Source of the DNA: an uncultured Nitrospiraceae bacterium
Lineage (GTDB): Bacteria > Nitrospirota > Nitrospiria > Nitrospirales > Nitrospiraceae
NCBI GenBank assembly: GCA_963846575.1
Contig: CAWJWJ010000002.1
Span: 1,088,001 to 1,152,000 of the forward strand
Direction: 5' to 3'
DNA length: 64,000 nucleotides
A program made the translations under genes and the position numbers. The notes below the pieces were generated by a model. The model was not told the DNA's origin and did no database searches. It saw nothing but the letters and a program-made list of their open reading frames with translations. Shown one piece after another: positions 20,110-30,409 of this stretch; the first letter of the stretch is position 1; each line of letters starts with the position of its first letter.

Positions 20110-22248
20110 TCAGGCAGGTTTCTCGTGGAGGCGCAGCAGGGCGAGCGAGCGCGCATCGAGGTCGTATTGCAGCCCGCCTTTCATGAGGCTCACGGTCTTT
20201 TCATGGCCGTGCGTCACGGCAGTGTCCAGCACCGGTTGCCAACGCACGCCCCGCTTGTGGGCCGGTAGGGTGAAGGCCCGCGGTTCGTGATGCGCATTGA
20301 GAAGGATCAGGAAGGTCTCGTCCAGGATGTGGCGTCCCTTCGAATCCTTCTCTTCGATCGCATGGCCGGCTAAGCGCACTCCCAGACAGCGCACATATCC
20401 CTGAGCCCAGTCTTCATCCGTCATCTCTTTTCCATCCGGGCGAAGCCAGGAAATATCCTTCACGTCCGCACCGCGGATGTGGCGGCCTTGAAAGAAGCGG
20501 CGCCGGCGGAAGACGGGATGGTGCTGCCGCAATTGGATCAGGCTCTTGGTGAAGGTCATGAGGGCCTGCTGGTGTTTGGTCAGATTCCAATCGATCCAGC
20601 TGATCTCATTGTCCTGGCAATAGGCGTTGTTGTTGCCATGCTGCGTTCGCCCGATTTCATCGCCGCCGCAGAGCATGGGCACGCCTTGTGACAGGAGCAG
20701 GGTGGCCAGCATGTTGCGCTGCTGCCTTTCCCGAAGCGTCACGACCGAGGGTTTTGTCGACGGGCCCTCCACCCCGCAATTCCAACTGAGGTTGTCATCC
20801 GTCCCGTCGGAATTGTGTTCCCCGTTGGCCTCGTTGTGCTTTTCGTTGTACGCCACCAGATCATGCAGGGTGAAGCCGTCGTGTGCCGTCACAAAATTGA
20901 TGCTCGCATGGGGACGGCGGCCCCCGCCCTCGTAGAGATCATTGCTCCCGGAGAGTCGATAGGCCAGTTCGGCGACCTGACTGCCGTCGCCTTTCCAGTA
21001 GCGCCGGAGCGCGTCGCGGTACCGGCCGTTCCACTCCGCCCATCCGGCGGGGAAGTTGCCGACCTGATAACCTCCTTCTCCCAGATCCCATGGTTCTGCG
21101 ATCAGCTTGACCTGCGACAGCACCGGATCCTGATGGATGATGTCGAAAAACGCGCTGAGCCGGTCCACGTCATGGAGTTCTCTCGCCAGGGTGGAAGCCA
21201 GATCGAACCGGAAGCCGTCCACGTGCATCTCGAGGACCCAGTACCGCAGGCTATCCATGATGAGCTGCAGTACGCGGGGATGGCGCACGTTCAACGTATT
21301 GCCGCAACCGGTATAGTCGAGATAGTAGCGGGGTTGGTCCGCCACGAGCCGGTAGTAGGACGCATTGTCGATGCCGCGGAACGACAGGGTGGGACCCAGA
21401 TGACTGCCCTCTCCCGTATGGTTGTAGACCACGTCGAGAATGACTTCGATGCCCGCGCTGTGAAACGCCTTCACCATCGTTTTGAACTCCCACACCTGGT
21501 GGGCTCGATCGGAGGTGGTCGCATACTGGCTGTCCGGCGCAAAGAATCCGATGGAGTTATAGCCCCAGTAGTTGGTCAGGCCGCGGTCGATCAAATGTTT
21601 GTCCCGGATGAAGTGATGGACCGGCAACAGTTCGACGGCCGTGACGCCCAGGTTCTGCAAGTGCTCGATCACGGCCGGCGTCGCGAGGCCGGCATAGGTG
21701 CCACGCAGGTTCTCGGGAATGTCCGGATGCCTGGCCGTAAATCCGCGCACGTGCAATTCATAGATCACCGTGCGATCCCAGCGAGTTCGCAGCAATTGGT
21801 CGCCGCCCCAGGTGAAGGCCTGGTCGATGACGACGCATTTGGGCATGTGCCTGGCACTGTCGTCCCGGTTGAGGGACAGGTCAGCCTCGGCGTCGCCGAT
21901 CGTATATCCGTATAACGCCTCGGACCAGTCGATTGAGCCTGCGATGGCCTTCGCATAAGGATCCAGCAGAAGCTTCGCGGGATTGAACCGGTGCCCCGCC
22001 TCCGGATCGAAGGGCCCATGGACGCGGTAGCCATAATGCTGCCCCGGCCGAACCTCCGGCAGGTAGATGTGCCAGACGTAATCGGTGCATTCCTCGATCC
22101 TGATCCGGTGTGATTCCTTCGCGGCCTCGGGGCCGTCGAACAAACAGAGATCCACCGCCGTGGCATTTTCTGAAAACAAGGCGAAGTTCACTCCTTCACC
22201 GTCCCAGGTCGTGCCGAGGGGGTACGGGCGTCCAGGCCAGATTCTCAT
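20110..22248 (-). CDS. glgX: Glycogen debranching enzyme (isoamylase, GH13)
   Basis: [50 protein letters not shown]. Confidence 0.97.
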   Translation of the reverse strand: MRIWPGRPYPLGTTWDGEGVNFALFSENATAVDLCLFDGPEAAKESHRIRIEECTDYVWHIYLPEVRPGQHYGYRVHGPFDPEAGHRFNPAKLLLDPYAKAIAGSIDWSEALYGYTIGDAEADLSLNRDDSARHMPKCVVIDQAFTWGGDQLLRTRWDRTVIYELHVRGFTARHPDIPENLRGTYAGLATPAVIEHLQNLGVTAVELLPVHHFIRDKHLIDRGLTNYWGYNSIGFFAPDSQYATTSDRAHQVWEFKTMVKAFHSAGIEVILDVVYNHTGEGSHLGPTLSFRGIDNASYYRLVADQPRYYLDYTGCGNTLNVRHPRVLQLIMDSLRYWVLEMHVDGFRFDLASTLARELHDVDRLSAFFDIIHQDPVLSQVKLIAEPWDLGEGGYQVGNFPAGWAEWNGRYRDALRRYWKGDGSQVAELAYRLSGSNDLYEGGGRRPHASINFVTAHDGFTLHDLVAYNEKHNEANGEHNSDGTDDNLSWNCGVEGPSTKPSVVTLRERQQRNMLATLLLSQGVPMLCGGDEIGRTQHGNNNAYCQDNEISWIDWNLTKHQQALMTFTKSLIQLRQHHPVFRRRRFFQGRHIRGADVKDISWLRPDGKEMTDEDWAQGYVRCLGVRLAGHAIEEKDSKGRHILDETFLILLNAHHEPRAFTLPAHKRGVRWQPVLDTAVTHGHEKTVSLMKGGLQYDLDARSLALLRLHEKPA

Positions 22249-22471
22249 GCGTGAGCCATGCTCCTTGGTTGAAATCGTTCAGCAGAGCGGTTTCGCGGCG
22301 CGTCGGATGATGGGGCTATCATACAATGGGAGAAACGGGTGGGGTCAATCATGCCGGGGTGTTGACGTCCCGGGCAGGGAGAGAAGGCGGCAGGATTCGT
22401 TTGCGCCTCCCGTGCAAAGTGGGTATAAGGCCTTCGTAGGACGTTTTCAACCAGGATCGTTTTCGCGGAAC

Positions 22472-23059
22472 ATGTCTATGTCATCGTTCCCTGTGCTCAT
22501 CATTGACGACGATGCCATTTTCCTCGGCACGCTGGCCTCGACCTTGCGCCTCAGGCTGCCCGAGGTGCCGATCGAGACGGCGGTATCGGCCGTGGCGTCG
22601 CTCGAGCGGATCAGGGCTCAGGAATATGGCGTCATACTCTGCGACGGACAGCAGGCGGCGATGGAAGGCATCGGGTTCGTGCGGACCATGCGCAAGCTGC
22701 ACCCCCAGACACCGGTGGTGCTCCTGATTGAAAAAAACGATCAGGACTTCATCCGGCAGGCGACCGAGGCAGGGGCCTACGACGTGCTGGTGAAGCCTGT
22801 CGGGGAAAGCACGCTACTCTGTGCCGTCCAGCGTGCCCTCGAAGCGCACCGCCTACGCGGCCAGGTCGCACGCGAGGAAAAACAGCTCATCACGACCCTG
22901 GACAAGATGCTCCGCGATCTCGAGCACCTGTACGGGGCCGACGGGTTGTCTGCGCACTTCGCGGCGTTCATGGATCAGGTGCTGGCAGAGCGGCAGGCGT
23001 CCCGGAAGAACAATGGCTCGTCCAACCATGGATCGAATGGGGGGAACGGGCAGGCGTGA
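22472..23059 (+). CDS. Response regulator receiver protein (atypical)
   Basis: VLIIDDD, ILCDG, GAYDVLVKP and a C-terminal helix; the conserved Thr/Ser position reads VVLLI. Confidence 0.8.
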   Translation: MSMSSFPVLIIDDDAIFLGTLASTLRLRLPEVPIETAVSAVASLERIRAQEYGVILCDGQQAAMEGIGFVRTMRKLHPQTPVVLLIEKNDQDFIRQATEAGAYDVLVKPVGESTLLCAVQRALEAHRLRGQVAREEKQLITTLDKMLRDLEHLYGADGLSAHFAAFMDQVLAERQASRKNNGSSNHGSNGGNGQA

Positions 23060-23267
23060 TGGGCTTCCCATCGACTCTTGAAATTGCCGCGTCCGCACCA
23101 ACGTCTGTGCGCACGTGACACCAGTGGGAACGGCCTTCGGTTCCGGTTGAACCTCTCTTCGGATTCCACTGCCGGCATCGCTATGACACCTTTTAACGCA
23201 AGTCCGGCAGAAATTGGGACATCGCGATGGCTGCGGTGCGAGGCCAGCCATTCCGGTCTCTTGGCTT

Positions 23268-23567
23268 TCAGGACCCGGCCGGCTCTTCGCGCTCAGCCTG
23301 TTCGACCGACAGCAACCATTGGGCCTGCGTGATTGCATCCACCAGCGCGGTCCTGGCCTTGTCCGTTTTCCTGGCGCGTGGGACGACGGTGATAAACACT
23401 TCCGCCGCCTCCAGCAAAGCCAAGAGGGTGGTTTCGGCCTCGGTTCGTGCCTGGGCGCGCCTGGAGACGGCCTGCGGGGACGGCTTCCTTCGACTCCTTG
23501 GTCCAACGTAGGGCTGCGGAGCCACCGGATTATCCTTTTCCAACTCGGGTCGTCTTGATCTGACCAT
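23268..23567 (-). CDS. Hypothetical protein
   Basis: MVRSRR start after GGAGAA; helical C-terminal half (LLALLEAAEVF...LVDAITQAQWLL). Confidence 0.5.
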   Translation of the reverse strand: MVRSRRPELEKDNPVAPQPYVGPRSRRKPSPQAVSRRAQARTEAETTLLALLEAAEVFITVVPRARKTDKARTALVDAITQAQWLLSVEQAEREEPAGS

Positions 23568-23852
23568 ACATTCTCCAAGCCATGAGACAGTTATCTGCGA
23601 GCCACACTGTACTCGATCCACCCTCGTTTTTGCATCGTGCCGCCGGACGCTCAGGCAGCGGCTTCTCGGGAGGCCCGACAGGGTTCTGGGAGCAAGGGAG
23701 CTCCCAGGGTTGTGGCCCAGGCAATCCAGGGATTCATCTAGTCCTCGACCGGAGCCAGTCCTGATAGAACAAAACCAGAAGAAGCCAAGGCCGGCACCCG
23801 GCGGTCTTACCGTTAACAGCCGTTCCACATTCCTCACAAGGAGGTGGTCACC

Positions 23853-24035
23853 ATGCAGAAGCAAATCCAGCACCCGATTCGTCGCACGGAGCCTCAACGG
23901 AATCCGGCCGGCAGCCAGGAAGTATGGCCCTTGTCCGCGCGGGAGTTCATGAAGCTCCCCGTCACGGGATTGCTGACGAAGCGTGATCGCCTGACCTTTA
24001 CGCGTCTCTCGGCTCCCCCTGATCAGGCCGCATAG
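23853..24035 (+). CDS. Small hypothetical protein
   Basis: Strong SD AAGGAGGTG before ATG; 60 aa. Confidence 0.45.
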   Translation: MQKQIQHPIRRTEPQRNPAGSQEVWPLSAREFMKLPVTGLLTKRDRLTFTRLSAPPDQAA

Positions 24036-24176
24036 GCCAGAAGAGCGCCAGTCTCAGTCGGAGGCTCGTTGATCACCAGGCGCATGACTCACGGTAGGCC
24101 TATGCAGACCTATGGCGTCGGGCTGATTCATGACCTTGAACTTATACAATGACCCATTGCCCCATCGGAGGAGACG

Positions 24177-24644
24177 ATGACGCCAGCCACCACGACTCGC
24201 GTCCAGCGACATACTGACGACGAGATCAACGCATGTATCCGGCGAGAGACCGAGCGTAACATTCTCCATGTGGCGCAACAAGGAGACGAGGACATCAGGC
24301 GGCGTCTCGTGGAATTAGATCATGAGTGGGACATCGAACGGACGCTCGAAGCCAATGCGGCTTCGCTTGCCCTGGTGGGACTCGGGCTCGGCGCGTTCCT
24401 CGATCGTCGTTTTTTTCTGCTCCCCGCGGTCGTCGCCGGGTTCCTCCTGCAACATGCCGTACAGGGATGGTGCCCTCCGGTGCCGGTCTTTCGACGCATG
24501 GGAGTCAGGACCGCCAGTGAGATAGAGGTCGAACGCTATGCCCTGAAAGCGCTCCGCGGGGATTTCGATGAGTTGCCTTCGGAACGAAGTCAGGAGCTTG
24601 GTGACGGGAAGGTCAGACATATTGTGGCGGCGGTTACGCGATGA
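24177..24644 (+). CDS. DUF2892/YgaP-like membrane protein
   Basis: ELDHEWDIERTLEANA, TM hairpin, HAVQGWCPP, EIEVERYALKALRGDF; GGAGGAG SD. Confidence 0.8.
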   Translation: MTPATTTRVQRHTDDEINACIRRETERNILHVAQQGDEDIRRRLVELDHEWDIERTLEANAASLALVGLGLGAFLDRRFFLLPAVVAGFLLQHAVQGWCPPVPVFRRMGVRTASEIEVERYALKALRGDFDELPSERSQELGDGKVRHIVAAVTR

Positions 24645-24710
24645 CCTTCGGCCTCTCGCATCGACTGCAGATTGCTGAAAGTGGAGCCCGGCGCAGGGAA
24701 GCGGGGACAC

Positions 24711-25928
24711 GTGGACCAGGAGCATAAGGGCCGGCGGCTCCCGCCCCCCAGCCGGCGAACCTTTTTGCTGGGCGCGGCGGGAGCTGTGCCTCTTTTGTAC
24801 CATGGGCTCGGGAAGACCTTGTTCGCGGCCGCTTCGGAGCCGGGCGAAAGGCCAACCCAGGAGGCCTCCCCGTCCGGCATGATCAGCAGACAGCGAAACC
24901 CGGACAATCTAGAATTTCCCTTCTCCACGCTGAACAGCTTCTTCACGCCCAACGAGCAGTTTTATGTGCGCACGCACTTCGAAGTGCCTCAGCTCAGCAC
25001 CCAAGACTGGACGCTCAGTATCGAAGGCGCGGTATCCACTCCGCTGCAGATCAGCTACGACGAACTTCGAGCGATGCCGTCCGTCACGATGCCGGCGTTG
25101 CTGGAATGTTCCGGCAACAGTCGGGTGTTCCTGAAACCTCCCCAGACCAGCATCCGGTGGGAGTTGGGCGGGGTGAGCAACGCCGAATGGACCGGTGTGC
25201 GGCTGTCCGATCTCTTGGCGCGTGCCGGCGTGAACAACCAGGCGGTGGAAGTCATCATGGAGGGAGCCGATTCCGGAGAGTTCCAGGATCCGAATCCGCC
25301 CACCCCCGGCGTCATTCCTTATGCCCGCAGCCTGTCACTTGAGAAAGCCCTACGGCCCGAGGTGATCCTGGCCTACCGCATGAACGGCAAGGACCTCCCG
25401 CCGTCGCACGGATTTCCTGTGCGCGCGGTCGTCGCGGGGTGGTACGGCATGGCCTCGGTCAAATGGCTGAGGCGCATCATCCTGACGGATCGACCGTTCG
25501 ACGGGTACTTTCAGACGTTTGTCTATTCGGTATGGGAGCGCCGGCACGGGCTTCCGACGCTAGTTCCCGTCTCCGAGATGCAGGTCAAGGCGGAAATTGC
25601 CCGCCCCATGCTTCATGAAGTGATTCCCGCCGGCTCACACTATCGAGTCGTGGGCGCGGCCTGGTCCGGTGAGACCGATGTGAACAGGGTCGAACTCAGC
25701 ACCGACGGAGGGAGGGCATGGCAGCCAGCACGGTTGCTCGATCGCCCTGTGCCGTTCGCCTGGCGTTTGTGGGAATATGACTGGGACACTCCGTCACAAG
25801 CCGGTCACCACACCCTGATGGCGCGGGCCACCGATTCCCGAGGACGCACCCAGCCGATGACAAGGGACCACGACCGGCGGGACGCCCTGGTGACGCACGT
25901 GCTGCCGGTTGCGGTAGAGGTTCGTTGA
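24711..25928 (+). CDS. Sulfite oxidase-family molybdopterin oxidoreductase, Tat-exported
   Basis: SRRTFLL twin-arginine motif, FYVRTH, LECSGN, WTGVRL, HGFPVR, GWYGMASVKWL, RATD..G..QP. Confidence 0.9.
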   Translation: MDQEHKGRRLPPPSRRTFLLGAAGAVPLLYHGLGKTLFAAASEPGERPTQEASPSGMISRQRNPDNLEFPFSTLNSFFTPNEQFYVRTHFEVPQLSTQDWTLSIEGAVSTPLQISYDELRAMPSVTMPALLECSGNSRVFLKPPQTSIRWELGGVSNAEWTGVRLSDLLARAGVNNQAVEVIMEGADSGEFQDPNPPTPGVIPYARSLSLEKALRPEVILAYRMNGKDLPPSHGFPVRAVVAGWYGMASVKWLRRIILTDRPFDGYFQTFVYSVWERRHGLPTLVPVSEMQVKAEIARPMLHEVIPAGSHYRVVGAAWSGETDVNRVELSTDGGRAWQPARLLDRPVPFAWRLWEYDWDTPSQAGHHTLMARATDSRGRTQPMTRDHDRRDALVTHVLPVAVEVR

Positions 25929-25964
25929 GCGCCCTCCTGTACTCCGCCATCCCGAAGTAGCTCC

Positions 25965-26204
25965 TTACTTCATACCCTGGCACCTCATCTTGGCTTGTGA
26001 ATAGGCGGCTTGCTGCTCTTTCTCGGTTCCGCCGTTCGCCTTCACTTTGTCCGCTGCTGCCGTGGCCATTCGTTGACAGTCCGCGCCGGTGGGCGCTTTC
26101 GTCGGAGGCGGAGTGTTTTGTGCGGCATAGCCCGGTGCGAAGGCACCGGCCGTCATCATGGCAGCGCTGAGGAGTCCGGCCAAAGTCAGCTTCGTGATGG
26201 GCAT
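25965..26204 (-). CDS. Small secreted protein with two Cys
   Basis: GGAGG SD, Sec signal MPITKLTLAGLLSAAMMTAGAFAPGYA; mature part about 50 aa. Confidence 0.7.
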   Translation of the reverse strand: MPITKLTLAGLLSAAMMTAGAFAPGYAAQNTPPPTKAPTGADCQRMATAAADKVKANGGTEKEQQAAYSQAKMRCQGMK

Positions 26205-26574
26205 ATGGTCCTCCGGGTTATAGGTAAGGGATCTGTGGAACATCGGAACCGGCACATGCACGTAGGTCGCCGGCACATGAGGAGAGGATCAGGCGTACAC
26301 CCGGTGAGCAGGGCGCGGTCGAGCCTGGAGCGCGGGCAACAGGAAGGGACGCGGCACTCGCGGCGATAGAGAACCGGCGGATGCCGGAACAGCCGATCAA
26401 TTGATGCGCTCTCGAATCGGATCGTTGATGGGAAGGCTGACGGTGGATCGGGCGTAAGGGGGCAGACAGAGTCGCGAGCGGTCCGCTGAGTAGCGGGTGG
26501 AAAACAGCGCAACGCATGCCTCCGACCGGTTTAACGCGAAGCTGGAAGGAAACTGTAGCCGGTAAAGCGGGGAG

Positions 26575-26603
26575 ATTCTGGCAAGGTGAGCCAATCTTGT
26601 CAA
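26575..26603 (-). promoter_or_regulatory. Sigma70-type promoter, copy 1 of duplicated unit
   Basis: Minus strand TTGACA-17 bp-CAGAAT. Confidence 0.65.
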
Positions 26604-27077
26604 GGAAACCAACCTGCCATGACGCTGACCACGCTCCTGATACTGCCGCTTAGGCGAGGGTGCTCCACTGGTCGCACCCTCAGTTCCGACCGGTGGATTC
26701 TGAACGGGTTCGTGCGTCACCGGTGGATAAAGGCCGGTACGATGGCCGCGATAACGCCGGACACTTAGCCGGCTGCGATTCGTCTTGCTTCATGACGGCA
26801 GCGGCGAGATCGGGCTGCTGCTGCTCACGCCGGGCGCGGCACGTATGTCCAGAGTCAGATGGCCGTCCGGTCAGAAGTGCTCAGGGAGGATGGTGGCCCG
26901 GTCGTCTTCAGGGTCGCGGAACGGTAGAGGTCGAACCGCGCTGCTCTCAGGAACCAATGTGGAATTTGACTCGGCCACTGCCTCCGGACAGAGCCGGCGT
27001 GAGGGCGGGAGCGTGAGGGCGGGTGGGACTTCAGGTCATCGCCTGCTCATCTCGGCCCAGGCATGTCGGGGTTACGG

Positions 27078-27136
27078 ATGTTCGATTGCAAGACCTGACC
27101 CCACTCTCCTTGACCCTCGATCCCTCTCCTTGACCC
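27078..27136 (+). repeat. TGCAAGACCTGACCCC motif copy 1, with downstream duplication
   Basis: ATGTTCGATTGCAAGACCTGACCCC at 27078-27102, then CTCTCCTTGACCC twice. Confidence 0.9.
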
Positions 27137-27165
27137 CCATCTCCCTCGCAATCTTCTCGAATGCT

Positions 27166-27790
27166 TTAGGATCGTGGCACCACGATGAAGCCCTCGCCGG
27201 CCTCACCGTAGGTCCTGACTTTTCCCGCCAGCAGCGGTTGGGCGGCGGGCGCAGAGGGCGGCGTCCACCAGGTCGATGGTTCTGAGCGAGTCCAAAGAAT
27301 ACCCGGCCTCGCGAAGAAGGGCAGGCCGGTCGATACGTTTCTGCGCGGCGGAAAGGGTGCTCTTGGCCAGGACGCAGGCCACGGCGTGGGGAAACGTCTC
27401 AAAACAGACTGGCCCTGCCGGTGGGGCGTGACCGGCGAAGAGCTGATAGTCCGGCGAGGGCAGCCGGAATAATGCGGCCCCGTTGAGCATCCAACTAGAG
27501 AAGGGATGACGTTGTCCAACCGTCAGGCTCGGCGTGGCAAAGGTGGTGATGCCGGCGGCGGCCAACGCGCACTCGCAGGGTCTTGCCCGACCGGTCCGGC
27601 TCCAGCAACAGGGGGCGTCGATGCCGACCGCCGCCGCAGCGACGTGTCTGCACCAGGCGGCGGCTTTCCCCGGATCGAGCGTGGCGCAGGTGGCGACGAT
27701 GCGTCTTTCCTGGAGCGCGACGGCGTGAAAACCCTTCTTCGGTCCGCCGACGTCGATGCCGGCCACGACAGGGAGGAAAGAGTTGTCCAT
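27166..27790 (-). pseudogene. DUF429 (RNase H-like fold) protein, frameshifted near the C-terminus
   Basis: GIDVGG, GIDAP, ETFPHA, VDAALCA in one frame; the tail LLAGKVRTYGEAGEGFIVVP is in another frame (shift near 27248). Confidence 0.7.
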
Positions 27791-27882
27791 GGCCGGCTAT
27801 TCTAAAGTGATGCGGAGCACCTTCCAAGGCCGGACGCCTCACCGACAGTCTCGGATCGCCATACAACCCTCTGCCGGGCACA

Positions 27883-28251
27883 TCACCTTGGCTTGGGAGG
27901 CGGGGGTGGCGTCGGCGTTGGGGTCGGCGTGGGCGACGGCGTCGGTTGAGGTTTTTTGCATCCTGACACACAGGCACAATCTCCGGTGTTCATGGTGCCG
28001 TTCGCGTTACTGTTACAAGTCCACAGACTGCCGTCCGGGGCCGTACAGGTCCAGTGGCCGGCGCTCCTGTAGCAGTTTGTGCCTTGTGGCAATCGACCGG
28101 GCGGAGTGACCTTGGTTTTGGGCGGGTCCATTTTCGCCATGGCACTATCGAACGCTGTGCCATGGGCCGATATCAGCCCCATCGTGAAGGAGAAGACCAG
28201 CACATAGCCGAACCCCCGGAAGATTTTATGCCTGCCGATCAGTGAACCCAT
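27883..28251 (-). CDS. Secreted Cys-rich miniprotein with Pro/Thr tail
   Basis: GAGGAGG SD, hydrophobic signal, six Cys, PTPSPTPTPTPTPPPPPKPR tail. Confidence 0.72.
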   Translation of the reverse strand: MGSLIGRHKIFRGFGYVLVFSFTMGLISAHGTAFDSAMAKMDPPKTKVTPPGRLPQGTNCYRSAGHWTCTAPDGSLWTCNSNANGTMNTGDCACVSGCKKPQPTPSPTPTPTPTPPPPPKPR

Positions 28252-28684
28252 CGCCTCCTCCTTTGGCTGTGTAACAGTTGAGTGTTCGTCGCCACGACCC
28301 TGTTCGAGCAAGGTTGCATGTCCACCTGCGGGTCCGGATCTACTCAACAATGCTCAACTATGGAACCAAACAACTGGCTGTATGTCGTAAGCACGGGGGA
28401 ACACGTTCAATCGACGCAGCCCGACTCGATACGGGAGCGTGGCAATGGATTGGAGGCTGACTACATGGTCGGCGAGAGCATTCCAGCCGATCGCGGGCGC
28501 CCGGTTCAAGCGAAAGTCTCTCGAAGTGGATCGTCAACCGTGAAGCACGAGGCGGAATGGAGCGACGGGAGAATCCTCTATAGCCAGAAGTGTGCGGATC
28601 AGCGGATGGAAGACAGCGCAACGCATGCCTCCGACCGTCGCAACGTACCGTGGAAAAGCAAGCTGGTGGCCGCAGAGTCCCGGG

Positions 28685-28713
28685 ATTCTGTCAAGGCGAA
28701 CGATACTTGTCAA
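28685..28713 (-). promoter_or_regulatory. Sigma70-type promoter, copy 2 of duplicated unit
   Basis: Minus strand TTGACA-17 bp-CAGAAT. Confidence 0.65.
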
Positions 28714-28748
28714 GGCGATGTGCCGAGACGTCATTGCTTGAGGCACCC

Positions 28749-28793
28749 TGTTCGTTTGCAAGACCTGACCCCAATCTCATGACCCCAATCTCA
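28749..28793 (+). repeat. TGCAAGACCTGACCCC motif copy 2, with 14-bp tandem duplication
   Basis: TGTTCGTTTGCAAGACCTGACCCC; TGACCCCAATCTCA at 28766-28779 and 28780-28793. Confidence 0.9.
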
Positions 28794-29023
28794 AAGTTGT
28801 GATCCAAAACAATGAACGTGCACAGGCCACGGCTCCGGGCAACTTGTTTGCACGATATTCGTCCTCATAAAACTCTGGGTGCGTTGGTTTTGGATCGGAC
28901 GTATGATGAAGGTCAGGTGGGAGGGCGGTCGAGAGGATGTGGTACCAGACCGGCCGCTCTGTGCCTGCCCTGAGAAACCGTACCGCCCGCAAGCTGGCGG
29001 CCTGAATGTGTCCGGAGGTGAAG

Positions 29024-30409
29024 ATGCATGAGTCCCAAGCTGATGCCCTGGTGTTGTTCGGTGCGACCGGTGACCTGGCGTACAAAAAGATCTTCCCGGC
29101 GCTCCAGGGGATGATCAAACGCGATGAACTGAACATGCCGGTGATCGGGGTGGCCAGACCCAACCGGTCGCTGGAAGAGATGCGGGTGCGGATCCGCGAA
29201 AGCCTGGAGCAGTTCGGCGGGGGGGTCGATGACGCGGCCTATGCCAAGCTCGTCCGGCTTTTCCGGTTGGTGGGCGGGGACTATGGGGATCCCGACACGT
29301 TTGTGCGGCTTCGTCGGGAGCTCGGCAAGGCGGAACGTCCCCTCCATTATCTGGCGATCCCGCCCAGCCTGTTTGCCTCCGTGGTCGAAAGCCTGGGCAC
29401 ATCGGGGAGCGCGCAGGGCGCGCGCGTGGTGGTCGAGAAGCCTTTCGGCAGGGACCTGGCCTCCGCCCAGGCCCTCAACCGGACCCTCTACACGCTGTTC
29501 GACGAATCGGCCATTTTCCGGATCGATCACTACCTGGGCAAGGAGTCGATTCAGAATCTGCTGTATTTCCGGTTTGCCAATTCTTTTCTCGAACCGATCT
29601 GGAATCGAAATTACATCGACCACGTGCAGATCACGATGGCGGAGCGGTTCGGGGTCGACGGCCGGGGGAACTTTTACGAGGAGACGGGGGCCCTGCGCGA
29701 CGTGGTCCAGAACCACCTCCTGCAGGTGGTGGCGAATCTCGCGATGGAGCCGCCCCTCAATGACGAGGGCGAGGCATTGCGGGATGAGCGGGTCAAGGTC
29801 TTCAAGCGCATGCGGCCCCTGACGGGAAAGAGCCTGGTGCGTGGTCAGTTTCGAGGGTATCGCGATGAGGCCGGCGTGGCCCCCGACTCACAGGTCGAAA
29901 CCTTCGCCTCCCTGCAGGTGCATCTCGATTCCTGGCGGTGGGGCGGCGTGCCCTTTTTGATCCGGGCCGGCAAACAGCTCCCGGTCACTGCGACGGAGGT
30001 CGTCGTGAAACTCAAGCGTCCGCCGCAGAACGTGTTCGGCGAAGCGTCGAAGGGCCCCCGCAACTATGTGCGCTTCCGGCTGGGTCCGGATCAGGTGGCG
30101 GTCGCCATCGGCGCGCGCGCGAAGGCGCCGGGAGACAAGATGGTGGGAGACGAGACCGAGTTGTTCGTCTGCCGCCAGGGTGGAGACGAAATGGGCGCGT
30201 ATGACCGGCTGATCAGCGATGCGCTGGCGGGCGACCCGTCCTTGTTCGCACGGCAGGACGGCGTCGAAGCCAGTTGGCGGGTGGTGGATCCCGTGCTCAC
30301 GATGCACACGCCGGTTTACGAATACGAGCCGGGTACCTGGGGGCCGAAGGAATCCCAAACGCTGATCGCGCCGTTCGGCGGATGGGCTAATCCGAAGGAA
30401 CAGGAATGA
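29024..30409 (+). CDS. zwf: Glucose-6-phosphate 1-dehydrogenase
   Basis: [40 protein letters not shown]. Confidence 0.97.
   Translation: MHESQADALVLFGATGDLAYKKIFPALQGMIKRDELNMPVIGVARPNRSLEEMRVRIRESLEQFGGGVDDAAYAKLVRLFRLVGGDYGDPDTFVRLRRELGKAERPLHYLAIPPSLFASVVESLGTSGSAQGARVVVEKPFGRDLASAQALNRTLYTLFDESAIFRIDHYLGKESIQNLLYFRFANSFLEPIWNRNYIDHVQITMAERFGVDGRGNFYEETGALRDVVQNHLLQVVANLAMEPPLNDEGEALRDERVKVFKRMRPLTGKSLVRGQFRGYRDEAGVAPDSQVETFASLQVHLDSWRWGGVPFLIRAGKQLPVTATEVVVKLKRPPQNVFGEASKGPRNYVRFRLGPDQVAVAIGARAKAPGDKMVGDETELFVCRQGGDEMGAYDRLISDALAGDPSLFARQDGVEASWRVVDPVLTMHTPVYEYEPGTWGPKESQTLIAPFGGWANPKEQE

Noticed and set aside
26620..27070. ORFs 26660-27016 and 26785-27285
   Set aside because: No SD or recognisable motif, low-information composition, and one crosses the repeat; left unannotated.
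27890..27950. GGCGTCGGCGTTGGGGTC-type short tandem repeat
   Set aside because: Explained by the encoded Pro/Thr tail.
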